DNA of 50,212 nt. Source: a virus. Lineage: Duplodnaviria > Caudoviricetes. The stretch lies in the IMG/VR virus record IMGVR_UViG_3300037048_000045, positions 1 through 50,212 of that record. One strand, given 5' to 3'. The position numbers were made by a program, and so were the translations under genes. Below, piece by piece: positions 36,679-47,127 of the stretch (position 1 is the stretch's first letter; every line of letters starts with the position of its first letter). Below the pieces are notes generated by a model. It had not been told where the DNA came from and did not search any database. It saw only the letters and a list, made by a program, of their open reading frames with translations.

Positions 36679-39228
36679 TTGGCTCACGTGCGTTTGTTCT
36701 TTGCTCCGGGAGAGGTTTGCGAAATACGCGCAATCGGCGCGCAGGGGAAAAACCCCGGCTGGGAGGGATTCTCAAAGTCGATCGTCTCGGGATATTACGA
36801 TGATCCCGAGGCGTTCGCCAAGGGCGCCGCAATCCTCGACCGCGCCCAGGCCCGCGGCATCTATTTTACCCTCAATCCTGTCAACCCGGCGCTGATCGCG
36901 CGCGCGTCCAACCGGCTCAAGGTTCCAAAAAGCACAACACAAGATGTGGATATCGTATGTATCCGCTGGCTGCCGATCGATCTTGATCCGCGCCGTCCTG
37001 CGGATATTTCTGCAACGGAGGACGAGGTCGCGGCGGCGCTGTCCGTCGGCAAGGAGATCGCCGCATGGCTCGAAGGCGATCTCGGTTTTTCCAAGGCGCT
37101 CCGGGCCTATTCCGGCAACGGATTCCACCTGCTCTACCGCCTGCCGGACCTGCCAAACAATGACGACACGCACGCGCTCATCGTGGGCGCCATGGCCGCC
37201 ATCAAGGCCCGCTACGACAACGACGCGGTGGATATCGATCCGGCCGTCGTCAACCCCGCCCGGATCTGGAAGTGTTATGGCACCACGGGCAGGAAGGGCG
37301 ACCCCACCACGGACCGGCCGCACAGAAAATCAACACTAATCCCCAAACAACCCTCCGTTCTGGCCGATGTGCCGATCACAGATCTCGAGACGCTGAAGAA
37401 ACTGGCCGCCCTGGCCACTTCGAAATCAACCCCGCAGGAAAGCCCGACACCTTCACCACCGGGCACGCCGCCGCCGAAAACAACCGGCGGTGCGACCCGT
37501 TTCAAAGAAGGCACGCTGGGGCCGGTGAACATGGAGGCCTATCTCGGCCGCTACGGGATTGGATACACCACCAAACAAAAAGGGGCCCAGACGCTCTACT
37601 GCCTGGATCACTGCCTGTTCAACCCGGATCACGACCAGGGGCAGGCCTCGATCATCACGTCGCCGACCGGGCCGCTGATCTACCAATGTTTTCACGCCTC
37701 CTGCAAAGACAAGCGATGGAAGGACGCCAAGGCCGCGATATCCGGAGACAAGTCCATCGCGGAATTCTGCGCCGGATACGATCCGGACTGGAAGCCGCCC
37801 AAACAGACCGGTACGGGTGCAATGGCGGATCTTGCGATCAGATCGGAACTGTCCGTGCAGAGCGCGGCCCCGGTGGAACCGCCGGAGAAGATCGATCCGA
37901 CGGAGTTTTTCGAGCAGCGCGGCAAGCGGCCGGTGTTTGTGCCGATGTATCTGGCCCGGTACCTGGCCGCCTACCTGGCCCCGTTGGTCCACACCGCCGG
38001 CGGGTTCTGGCGCTACGAAAACGGGGTCTGGAAAACCTTTCCGGATACCATCCTGGCGCAGATCATGGTCGCAACCATGAAGGAGCGCATCCAGGCGGAT
38101 ATGATGAGCAATACCCTGAAAATCCTCCGCGGTCTCATTAATCGCGAGGAGGATTCGTGGCCCAACGATATTAACCTGATCAATGTCAAGAACGGCATGC
38201 TGGACATCCAGGCCATGCGACTGCTGCCGCACGATCCGTCGTATGGCAGCCGCACGCAACTGCCGGTAAACTACCAATCGGACGCGTTCTCGCTGCGATG
38301 GTGGGAATTTCTCAAGGAGATCTTCCCGGAAGATGAGCTGTACGCGAAAAAAGGGCTCATGCAGCAGTTTTTCGGCTATTGCCTGTTGCGGGACTGCCGC
38401 TACCAGAAGGCCCTGTTTATGTATGGCACGGGCGCGAACGGGAAATCGACCGTGCTGGACGTCCTGCAGGCGATGGTCGGGCGGGAGAATACGTCGTCGC
38501 TGTCCCTGGCGGACCTCACGCAGCGGTTCAAGGCGCAATTCCTGCGGGATAAACTGATCAACCTGGCAACAGAAACGAACACCCGGGATCCCCTGGCGAC
38601 GGAGCTGCTGAAGGCCATCATCTCCGGAGATCCCATCACGGCGGAACAGAAATACGGCGAGCAGTTTCAGTTCCGTCCATACGCCAAATTCATCACCGCG
38701 ATGAACGATGCGCCCGTGATCCCGGATAAATCCTATGGTTTCGGCCGCAGGATCGTTGTGCTGACGTTCGAGAAGCGATTTACCGACGAAGAGATCAAGC
38801 CCAGGATGTCTGATTATTTAATCGAGGAGGTCGAGGGCGTTTTTAACTGGGCGGTGGAGGGGCTTAAAATCCTGCTGAAAAAGGACGGCTTCCTGATTCC
38901 CGAGGCCGTCAACAAGGCGACGAGTGATTTCATGGAGACGCTGAATCCGTTGCTGATCTTTGTGACAGAGATGTGTGAGGTCCACGACGCCGTATCGGTG
39001 CCGACGATCGAACTGTGGGAATGCTACGCGGAATGGTGTGCCGACGGCAAGAATCGGCCCCTGGGGCGGAACCGGTTCCTGGACCAGGTGCGGCAGACGT
39101 TTCCACGAGTGCGATCCGAAAAGGTGGGCGAGGCCCGGGTGCGGACGCTGGTCGGGATCGGCCTGACGAACCAGGCAAAGACATGGACGGCGGAACGCAA
39201 GGCCCGTTTCCGCCGGCGGGAGGAGTAG
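36679..39228 (+). CDS. Primase-helicase (N-terminal primase, D5/P4-alpha-like SF3 helicase)
   Basis: DLD and SGNGFH primase motifs; Cys/His segment; Walker A GTGANGKST; GGAGG RBS with TTG start. Confidence 0.9.
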   Translation: MAHVRLFFAPGEVCEIRAIGAQGKNPGWEGFSKSIVSGYYDDPEAFAKGAAILDRAQARGIYFTLNPVNPALIARASNRLKVPKSTTQDVDIVCIRWLPIDLDPRRPADISATEDEVAAALSVGKEIAAWLEGDLGFSKALRAYSGNGFHLLYRLPDLPNNDDTHALIVGAMAAIKARYDNDAVDIDPAVVNPARIWKCYGTTGRKGDPTTDRPHRKSTLIPKQPSVLADVPITDLETLKKLAALATSKSTPQESPTPSPPGTPPPKTTGGATRFKEGTLGPVNMEAYLGRYGIGYTTKQKGAQTLYCLDHCLFNPDHDQGQASIITSPTGPLIYQCFHASCKDKRWKDAKAAISGDKSIAEFCAGYDPDWKPPKQTGTGAMADLAIRSELSVQSAAPVEPPEKIDPTEFFEQRGKRPVFVPMYLARYLAAYLAPLVHTAGGFWRYENGVWKTFPDTILAQIMVATMKERIQADMMSNTLKILRGLINREEDSWPNDINLINVKNGMLDIQAMRLLPHDPSYGSRTQLPVNYQSDAFSLRWWEFLKEIFPEDELYAKKGLMQQFFGYCLLRDCRYQKALFMYGTGANGKSTVLDVLQAMVGRENTSSLSLADLTQRFKAQFLRDKLINLATETNTRDPLATELLKAIISGDPITAEQKYGEQFQFRPYAKFITAMNDAPVIPDKSYGFGRRIVVLTFEKRFTDEEIKPRMSDYLIEEVEGVFNWAVEGLKILLKKDGFLIPEAVNKATSDFMETLNPLLIFVTEMCEVHDAVSVPTIELWECYAEWCADGKNRPLGRNRFLDQVRQTFPRVRSEKVGEARVRTLVGIGLTNQAKTWTAERKARFRRREE

Positions 39229-39231
39229 GCC

Positions 39232-39402
39232 ATGAAAAACACTTATCTTTACGGGTGGAAAAATAACAGCAAGCGTAAGCAGATGTACGGGCAAAACTGT
39301 ATTGTTATCGCACGGTTAAAAATGAATAGTGCATGGGCGCGGTTTGAATCGGGCCAAGAAGAATGCGTGTCCAGAAATGCGCTCAGGAGGAGTAGGCGAT
39401 GA
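39232..39402 (+). CDS. Small hypothetical protein (56 aa, not in ORF track)
   Basis: AGGAG RBS; ATGA overlap with next ORF. Confidence 0.5.
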   Translation: MKNTYLYGWKNNSKRKQMYGQNCIVIARLKMNSAWARFESGQEECVSRNALRRSRR

Positions 39403-39647
39403 AAACCCAAGTAACCAGGATGAAAACCAAAGAAAGCATCATCATTATTATTGCTGCCTGGAAGGTGCGATTGATAATGGGCGCCCTGGGCCTGCTGCTG
39501 TATTTGGCCGTTCAAGGCGTTCTGGCTATGTGGGGTTGGTATGACCCTGGTCCCAGGATAGCCCGCGAATGGGAATACAACGGGCGGTTGCTGTTCGAGG
39601 ATGATCAGGGACGCCAGGGCCGATTCGAAAAACGACGTTTTCAATAG
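39399..39647 (+). CDS. Small membrane protein
   Basis: Hydrophobic segments, AGGAG RBS. Confidence 0.5.
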   Translation: MKTQVTRMKTKESIIIIIAAWKVRLIMGALGLLLYLAVQGVLAMWGWYDPGPRIAREWEYNGRLLFEDDQGRQGRFEKRRFQ

Positions 39648-39810
39648 GGAAAGGAGGCTACATGAAAGAATCAATTCAAGATTTACTCCGAAGAATAAGT
39701 GGCATTCTCCACTTCTTCAAATTGTATGAAGAAAGCAAACGCATAAGCCTTTTATCAAGCTGGATTCAGGGGCGGGATGATATTCCTGAAGATATTTAAG
39801 GAGGCTGGAT

Positions 39811-40200
39811 ATGGCTGAAGATGATTATGCCGTAAAATTACTAAAAGTAGTGGCCCCATATGTTGAAAACTGGAGCGCAAACCTCCTTGCCGCCATTGCA
39901 AAGATGGACTGGGAGGAGGCCGCCCTCCGCTGGCTGCCGGATCCCCCCAAGAATGATGGGGACTTTTATTTTAGTGGCATTACTCCGAGCGGCATGGATG
40001 TCGTTGCTATTGTACAGATATTTTCTCACCCTACCAATGGCCGGCGCGGGGCCGTGATGTTTATCCCACCCGGCTGGAGAGGAGACAACGCCCGAGTGAT
40101 GGCTGAGGTTATCCAGGGATCGCTCGAAGAATGGCGAGGGCAGTGGGCCGGGCCTGAGTTTGGGCTGAATTGTGTAGTGAACCAACAAAAGGGAGATTAA
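39811..40200 (+). CDS. Hypothetical protein
   Basis: TAAGGAGG RBS. Confidence 0.6.
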   Translation: MAEDDYAVKLLKVVAPYVENWSANLLAAIAKMDWEEAALRWLPDPPKNDGDFYFSGITPSGMDVVAIVQIFSHPTNGRRGAVMFIPPGWRGDNARVMAEVIQGSLEEWRGQWAGPEFGLNCVVNQQKGD

Positions 40201-40257
40201 CTATGATCAAACAAGATCGGTATTTGATGCTGACGGATAGCAAGTAAGGAGGCTGGC

Positions 40258-40494
40258 ATGAGCGCAGAGGTAATCCAGGTTATCAGAACAACACTTTCGA
40301 CCCGCGGGGGTGGGCGCAACGTCGGCGATCCGATTAGGATAGTCATACAGTATTGGACGCTTGATGGCGAACTACTGGCAGAACATGACCCCTGGTTAAG
40401 TCAACAGATCGCCGACCTGACCGCCGATGTCGCGCGGTTGCGGGTGTTGCTGGGCGAAACGAGCGGAAAGGGGGCCGGCCATGAACGCAAATAG
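40258..40494 (+). CDS. Hypothetical protein
   Basis: TAAGGAGG RBS; DPIRIVIQYWTLDGELLAEHDP. Confidence 0.6.
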   Translation: MSAEVIQVIRTTLSTRGGGRNVGDPIRIVIQYWTLDGELLAEHDPWLSQQIADLTADVARLRVLLGETSGKGAGHERK

Positions 40495-40972
40495 CACAGG
40501 AAAAAAATGGTGGGACCGGGCCTGGTCGCTGACCAGCGGCTGTACGGGGGGGAGTTTGAAATAATCCATTGTGATGTCGATGGCGCTGAATATCCCTGGC
40601 CGCCAGAAGAGTGGAAAACGGAAAAACAGCGTCAAACGGTGAATGAAAACGGACAGTTAAAAAAAGGTGATGGTTTAAAAATGAATGAATATGTGGCTTT
40701 AGGGTGTTCATAGACAACATGACCACTATCACATTTGCACCCACACCAGGGGCGGCTCGGTATAACGCCGTGTTCTGTGCTCGTGAGGCCGGATATTATA
40801 ATCACAAGGGCTGGCCAAGCACACTCAAAGCAGTTCGTGCCCCAAACTATGATAAGCATTCATCGAAACACAGTGGGCGGCGAATATGTCTTAGTGAGGA
40901 ATATATCAGATGATTCATGTTGGTGATTGCCCAAAAAATCTGCCCGCGAAGCGTTGTCCTGGGGGGTGATTT

Positions 40973-42421
40973 GTGATCATGGCGGCTGACTTATTTTGTG
41001 GCGCGGGCGGGACCTCATCGGGGCTGTATATAGCCTGCGAACGCGCAGGCGTCCGGCTCGATCTCGTTGCCGTAAATCATTGGCAGATTGCAATCGAAAC
41101 CCACCGGGCAAATCATCCGGACGCACGACATATTTGCGCCCCCCTGGAGGGGCTCGATCCGCGTAAGGCTGTTCCCTCCGGCCGGCTCGACATACTGGTT
41201 GCGTCGCCGGAATGTACCCACCACTCCATCGCCCGCGGCGGGCGGCCTGTTTCCGACCAGCTGCGCGCCTCTGCATGGCACATCCTCCGGTGGGCGGAAC
41301 TACTCAAGATCGACAACATCTTAATTGAGAACGTTCGGGAGTTCCAGGATTGGGGACCAACGGACGCCGCCGGCAAGCCGATCAAGAGCAAAAAAGGTGA
41401 TATGTACCGGGCATTTCTTGGCGCTCTCCAGTCCCTGAACTATAACGTTGAAGCCCGCGTTCTGAATGCCGCCGATTATGGGGATCCGACAAGTCGGCGC
41501 CGCCTCTTTATTATGGCTCGCCACGATGGCAGACCGATCAGCTGGCCCGAGCCGACGCATGGCATGAAGCTGCCATACCGTACGGCCCGCGAGATCATCG
41601 ATTGGGATATCCCTGGAGCGTCGATATTCCGCCGCCGCAAGGCCCTGGCTCCGAAAACGCTCGCCCGAATTGCTGCCGGTCTCCGTAAGTATGGCGGGGA
41701 AAATGCAGAGCCGTTCCTGGTCAAGATGTACGGGACTAACGATGCTTGTTCTGTGGACCGCCCCTGCCCGACGATCACCGCCAGGGGTAACCATATTGGA
41801 CTTTGCCAGCCATTTCTGATCCGGTATCAAGGTGATCATGCCGGAGAAAATGATGGTGCGCAACGCAGTCATTCCCTGGATTTACCTCTTCCCGTCGTCG
41901 ATACATCGAACCGTTATGGGCTTGTTGAACCATTTATCATCCACACAAATCACAATGGTGGTGATCGAGGCCATTGTATTGATAGCCCATTACCAACCAT
42001 CACATGCGGACACCGTGGCGAAATGGCACTGATCCAGCCTTTCGTTATTGGCCAGCAATCTAAAAGCGCGCCCCGCACGGTTGACGAACCCCTGATGACC
42101 ATTGCCACAAGGGGCGCGATTGCATTAGTGGAGCCGTTCCTGACGAAATATTATGGGACGGCAAAGACCCAAGGGACCAATGAACCCCTTGATACCATCA
42201 CCACCAGAGATCGTTTTGGATTGGTCGAACCATCTACGGACGAGCGGGGAGTCCTGGACATCCGCTTCCGGATGCTCCAACCCCACGAGCTGGCCGCAGC
42301 AATGTCGTTCGGCCGCGGCTATAAATTTGAAGGCAACAAAACAGAAACAATCAAACAGATCGGCAACGCCGTCCCGGTCTGTACTGCCACGGCTCTTTGT
42401 AGCAGCCTATTGTTAAAGTAA
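40973..42421 (+). CDS. DNA (cytosine-5) methyltransferase
   Basis: DLFCGAGG, ASPEC, IENVREF, PTSRRRLF, KQIGNAVP. Confidence 0.93.
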   Translation: MIMAADLFCGAGGTSSGLYIACERAGVRLDLVAVNHWQIAIETHRANHPDARHICAPLEGLDPRKAVPSGRLDILVASPECTHHSIARGGRPVSDQLRASAWHILRWAELLKIDNILIENVREFQDWGPTDAAGKPIKSKKGDMYRAFLGALQSLNYNVEARVLNAADYGDPTSRRRLFIMARHDGRPISWPEPTHGMKLPYRTAREIIDWDIPGASIFRRRKALAPKTLARIAAGLRKYGGENAEPFLVKMYGTNDACSVDRPCPTITARGNHIGLCQPFLIRYQGDHAGENDGAQRSHSLDLPLPVVDTSNRYGLVEPFIIHTNHNGGDRGHCIDSPLPTITCGHRGEMALIQPFVIGQQSKSAPRTVDEPLMTIATRGAIALVEPFLTKYYGTAKTQGTNEPLDTITTRDRFGLVEPSTDERGVLDIRFRMLQPHELAAAMSFGRGYKFEGNKTETIKQIGNAVPVCTATALCSSLLLK

Positions 42422-42629
42422 CACAGCCAGGTCGGCATCATCCCTGGTAAGCTCAACAGCAATAAAACATCATAGTGCGGTATCGCCGCGTTTGTGGTCG
42501 GGGAGTTTTTTCTCCCCCGGAACCCCCGGCCCCCTTTTATCCCACATAAACCATTAAATCCATTCAGTATAGGTGTTATTTCGGGATCTCCCCTTTTGCC
42601 GTTTTTTCCATCCCATTGAAATCATTCAA

Positions 42630-42768
42630 TATAGGCGTTTGTAAACGTTTTTTTTATAAACTACCTTTACCAGTATTCACTTTCCACCCATCGCGTCCGC
42701 ACCAGATAAAGTATAAGAACATGTGAATGGAATAAAGGATTTGTTGAAAAAAACGTTTACAAATGTCC
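42630..42768. repeat. Copy B of ~140-bp inverted repeat (partner 18665-18803)
   Basis: 40-bp identical core 42684-42723; similar flanks. Confidence 0.92.
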
Positions 42769-43154
42769 TGGCCTCGGCAGCAGCAGCGCGCGCAAATGAC
42801 CAATTTGCATGATAGGGGAGTGAATATATTTGCATTTGACTTGGCCAGGGGCTCGCCGGCGAGGGAGATCCGGGCCTGGTGATTCAAAGCAGGAGCCCGA
42901 CGAAGCAGAATCAATGGTCTTTTTTGGGGTTATGGGGGGACGGGGGAAGCGGCGGCGGCGGAACGTCAATGATTTATGGTGGATAGGGCGTATTCACGGC
43001 AAAGGGGCGGAAAACGACTCACGAGGATTGCCGTGGCGCCGCGATTCCATCCCGGGCCGGGTGATGGCATGGGTGTTTTTTTTGGATGAAGGAAGCGCTC
43101 CGCGCCGGGATCTGGCGGCGTCGCCGCCGTGTGTGTATTATAAGGGATGGGCTA

Positions 43155-43210
43155 TATTTTATTGATGAGGATAAAATAAACACTTGACAATAATTTATTG
43201 ATGATGATAT
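43155..43210 (+). promoter_or_regulatory. AT-rich promoter/res-like site upstream of serine recombinase
   Basis: TTTATTGATGA direct repeat (43158, 43194); TATTTTAT/ATAAAATA inverted repeat; TTGACA at 43184. Confidence 0.5.
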
Positions 43211-43296
43211 TTGATAGCCGTAAACAGGAAAGAGAAAAGACGAGTGACGGAGATATTCATTAAACTGGCTGGATGAGGAGAGAAAAGGAGGTCGGC

Positions 43297-44034
43297 ATGA
43301 AGAAGAATAGCAGCAAGACGAAACAGGCGGAGGTCCAGGCAACAACGCAGGCGGCAGGACAGACGCCGCGGACCTGGGCGTATCTGAGGGTATCGACAGA
43401 CGAGCAGGATGTCCGTAACCAGCGGGCCGAGATCCTCACCCTGGCAAACGAAAAGGGATTGACCGGCAGCGTCACGATGATCGATGATCCGGCGGTCAGC
43501 GGGCGTGTCTCCTGGCGCGACCGGAAGATCGCGGGCGTCCTGGAGGAGATGTCCGCGGGCGACACGCTGATCGTGGCGGAGCTTTCCCGGTTGGGCAGGT
43601 CGATGTACGAGATCATGGAGATCCTGGCCCTGGCGGTCCAACGTGGCGTCCGGATCTATGCAGCTAAAGGCGGCTGGGCGCTGGATGATACGATCCAGAG
43701 CAAGATTCTGGCGATGGTCTTCGCGATGGCCGCAGAGATCGAGCGCGATCTCAATGTTCAACGGACCAAGGCGGCGATGGCGACACGCCGGGCGATGGCC
43801 GCGCGCGGAGAGAGCTGGACATCCAAGGCAGGCAACACGGTCAATAGCCTGGGGCGGCCGCCGGGACCTGGCCCGTCGAAGCTGGACAGGCACGAGGAGA
43901 CGATCCGTGAGCGCCTGGGGCTCGGCGTCCCGGTCCGGCGGATCGCCCTTGACCACGGAACGACGCCGGCGAATCTCCACCGATGGATCCGGCAGCGCCA
44001 GATCGGGAAGGCCGGGCAGGATTTGCCCGCCTGA
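43297..44034 (+). CDS. Small serine recombinase (resolvase/invertase)
   Basis: AYLRVSTDEQ, VSG, LIVAELSRLGRS, AEIERDL, C-terminal HTH; AGGAGG RBS. Confidence 0.93.
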   Translation: MKKNSSKTKQAEVQATTQAAGQTPRTWAYLRVSTDEQDVRNQRAEILTLANEKGLTGSVTMIDDPAVSGRVSWRDRKIAGVLEEMSAGDTLIVAELSRLGRSMYEIMEILALAVQRGVRIYAAKGGWALDDTIQSKILAMVFAMAAEIERDLNVQRTKAAMATRRAMAARGESWTSKAGNTVNSLGRPPGPGPSKLDRHEETIRERLGLGVPVRRIALDHGTTPANLHRWIRQRQIGKAGQDLPA

Positions 44035-44642
44035 ACCAGGCAGGGAAAGAAGAAGGACAGGAAGGCCGGGCGATGGTGCCCGGCCTTCCCTTGTTTGTGA
44101 CCCGGTGACCGGGCGGCTGGGCCGAGGCGGCGGCGATGCCCGGACCGATGCCCCTGACCCGCGAACCAAAAAAACGGAAACCGGGCGACCGGGACTCCAC
44201 CCCCCCCTATCATCTCCATTCACGTAGAAATTTTTCAACTTTTCAGATCGCAATAAGCCCAGCAGCGCGCACAGAGCCACTCAAGCATAAACGTCAGTTT
44301 GCCAAATTGCGCATACAGCTGCGGGCAACGATTTAAATTGTTGTCAACAACACTCAAGCCGGGCGACCTCGCCCAGGGCCACGCGACGCGAGACAAAAAA
44401 AGCGGAGAGCAAACGGTCATAATGTAAAAAGGGGATGAGGGGTTCAATAGCCCTGCCCGTCTGAAAAGCGGCGTTTGACACCTTCGCCGTTTCCCCATCA
44501 TGGAAATAAATCAGCAGCACAGCCCGGTCCGAAATAAAGGGGGGATGGGGGGCGACAGCACATCAATGCTTTATGTAGATCCCGGACCGGCGGTTTCGGT
44601 CCGCGATCGTCGATTAAGTACCGCAAACAGTGTTTTTTGCCC

Positions 44643-44750
44643 TGTCAAGAAATATTTTAATCCTTTCCAAGTCAAATACTGACCGATGGTGAACGATAGT
44701 GTCGCCACGCCGCCGCAACTCCTTTTTTACTAAAAACCCGTGTTATATAG
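44643..44750 (+). promoter_or_regulatory. Putative late promoter element, copy 2 (upstream of terminase operon)
   Basis: Ungapped similarity to 21881-21988. Confidence 0.7.
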
Positions 44751-44855
44751 CAGCCGTAATCCCATCCACGTGTGCGGGCCGTTAAAGCAGCCGCCGACCC
44801 TGCTGGCCCGCACATGCCTAACAAGGCCGCGGGCGTTTTTTTTAGGAGGAATCCA

Positions 44856-45503
44856 TTGGCCACGGGGAAGATAGAGAAACTGGGGCTGGTCAAACGGATC
44901 GAGGAACTAATCTCCGCCGGAACCTGTTCGTCCGAGGCGATCTCCAACGCCCTCAAGGTCGAAGGCTTTAATGTATCACAACCCACCGTATCCCGTTATT
45001 TGAAACGTACCCGCGATGAGCGTCAGGAAGAAACACAGAAGATCATCTCCGACCACGTTCAAACTCATGTCCCGGCCGATTTGACGGCGCTGGAGGCGAT
45101 GGAGGCCCAATGCCTCACCTGGGCGCATGAGGACAACGACGCCTTTGCCCATCGTCTCGCGGGCAGGCATATCGCAGCGCGGCTGTCTGACTGGGTGGGA
45201 ATTATCCTCGCCGCGAACCCCGCCGCCCATACCAATCCGGAATCACTCGACAATGCCCGGCACCTGGCCGTCAAAGAGATCATGGCCCAGTGCATCGGTT
45301 TCGTCTCCGATGATTTCGCGATTCAGCGCGCACGGCTGATGGCCATGCAGCGCGCGACGGGGATCATCGAAATGAAGCTCCGGTATGCCGGGATCATCGA
45401 CAGCGCCAAAGAGGGCAATGTCTTTATCCTCGGCAGCGACGACCGCCTGGAGAAGGACGACGCATCCGGCCGGTTCCTGGTGATCAAGGGAGGGCGTGAC
45501 TGA
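44856..45503 (+). CDS. Putative terminase small subunit
   Basis: AGGAGG RBS with TTG start; N-terminal HTH (VSQPTVSRYL); directly before terL. Confidence 0.6.
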   Translation: MATGKIEKLGLVKRIEELISAGTCSSEAISNALKVEGFNVSQPTVSRYLKRTRDERQEETQKIISDHVQTHVPADLTALEAMEAQCLTWAHEDNDAFAHRLAGRHIAARLSDWVGIILAANPAAHTNPESLDNARHLAVKEIMAQCIGFVSDDFAIQRARLMAMQRATGIIEMKLRYAGIIDSAKEGNVFILGSDDRLEKDDASGRFLVIKGGRD

Positions 45504-46951
45504 TGGCCAAGGAAGACCTTGTTTTCGATCTCACGCCTACGCAGTCGCGCTTCGTTCATAGCCGCGCCAATATCGTGCAGCTTATCGGCCCCATGGGAGA
45601 GGGAAAGACCTTTACCGGGCTCGTCGGGATGATCAATCATGCCGCCCGGTGCAACATCAGGCTCCAGGCCGCCTGGATCCGCGATACATTGGAAAATATC
45701 AAAACATCGACCGTTCAGAGCGTCACGGAAATCCTGGGCGATTGGGCGGTCTTCAAAGACAATTTCAAAAAACTCCATATTCGGACCAACCCCCCCGTCG
45801 ATGTGGATATGTTCGGGATCGACGATCCGGCGTCAATCAGCAAGCTCCAGGGGCCGCTTTACGGGTGCATCACGCTCGAAGAACCCGCGCCGATCCATGA
45901 ACGGGCCAACGCGGGCCTGCCAAAAGAGGTCTTTCTGATGGCGATTGCCCGCGCCGGACGGCAAAAGGGGTCCTTCCCGCGCCTTCAGGTGATCCACAAT
46001 CCCGGCGACGACACCCACTGGACCAGCGAGCTGATCGATGATCCGCATGAGTACATGGTCGCGGAAGACGGCACGATCATCTACAAGGACTCTTTTTTTA
46101 TCCCCAAGGGCGAAAACAAGCATTTGACCGCGATTCAGCGTGCGATGAATCAAGCCGCATTCAAGGACGATAAAGGGAAGTGGGCGCGATATGTCGAGGG
46201 CGAGGTGGCAACGGTGATGGAGGGCAGGAGGGTGACGCCGCCCTACAATCCGGCCATTCACCTGTCGCAGAAGATCCTGCCCGTTTATCCCGAACTCCAG
46301 GGCATTCGGGGCTGGGACGGCTTCGGCCATCCATGTTGTGGTATTGCCCAATACAATCCTTTCGGCCAGCTGGTCGTACATGACGTGCTCTATGACGAAG
46401 GCGTCGGCGTCGAGGAGCTGATCGAGGAAAAGCTCCTCCCGTTGCTGGCCACGCCCAAATATAAAGGGAAAATACTCAACGACTGGCGAGATATCGGCGA
46501 TCCGACCATGGCGACCGCCGACCAGAGCAGCCGGAAACGCTCCGCCGCCAAGGTGATCCGGGACATGCTGAAGACCCGGTTCGAACCAGGCCCCACGCGC
46601 TGGCCAAATCGGATTGACCCCACCAATTTCCACTTAAAGCGCCTGATAGGCGACGGGCAACCCGCGATCATCCTCTCTGCATCGGCGAAGCTGCTTCACC
46701 GGGCGCTCAAGGGCGGCTGGCATTACAAGGTGGACAACTCCGGGAATATCATCGGGACGACGCCCGTTAAAAACGAACATTCCCACCCGGGCGATATGTT
46801 TCTGTACATGATTTCAATGCTGATGCCCTACGACGTCATGCGGCACCGGAAGCGCAAGGCGCCCCAGGCGGACATGAACCGGATCTTGAGTTACGCATCC
46901 GGAGGCAGATCGGGCCAGGCGAGCATCCCGGCGACGATGGGAAGATGGTGA
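45503..46951 (+). CDS. terL: Terminase large subunit
   Basis: GPMGEGKT Walker A, TLEE Walker B-like, RGWDGFG, IGDP, HSHPGD nuclease motifs. Confidence 0.85.
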   Translation: MAKEDLVFDLTPTQSRFVHSRANIVQLIGPMGEGKTFTGLVGMINHAARCNIRLQAAWIRDTLENIKTSTVQSVTEILGDWAVFKDNFKKLHIRTNPPVDVDMFGIDDPASISKLQGPLYGCITLEEPAPIHERANAGLPKEVFLMAIARAGRQKGSFPRLQVIHNPGDDTHWTSELIDDPHEYMVAEDGTIIYKDSFFIPKGENKHLTAIQRAMNQAAFKDDKGKWARYVEGEVATVMEGRRVTPPYNPAIHLSQKILPVYPELQGIRGWDGFGHPCCGIAQYNPFGQLVVHDVLYDEGVGVEELIEEKLLPLLATPKYKGKILNDWRDIGDPTMATADQSSRKRSAAKVIRDMLKTRFEPGPTRWPNRIDPTNFHLKRLIGDGQPAIILSASAKLLHRALKGGWHYKVDNSGNIIGTTPVKNEHSHPGDMFLYMISMLMPYDVMRHRKRKAPQADMNRILSYASGGRSGQASIPATMGRW

Positions 46952-47127
46952 CGATGGATCTGGACGGGCTCTATGCGATCAGGCAGTGTCTCAGAGAGGC
47001 GCACAATCAGATCCTCGGCCGTTCCAAAATAAATAAGTCATTGATCCTGGAGTCCCTGGATTCCGCGATCGCCGATATGACAGAAGAGATCCTGGAGGTG
47101 AAACGCAGCAATGGCGCGGAAGGGTAA
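46945..47127 (+). CDS. Hypothetical protein
   Basis: Overlapping operonic ORF. Confidence 0.45.
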   Translation: MVTMDLDGLYAIRQCLREAHNQILGRSKINKSLILESLDSAIADMTEEILEVKRSNGAEG

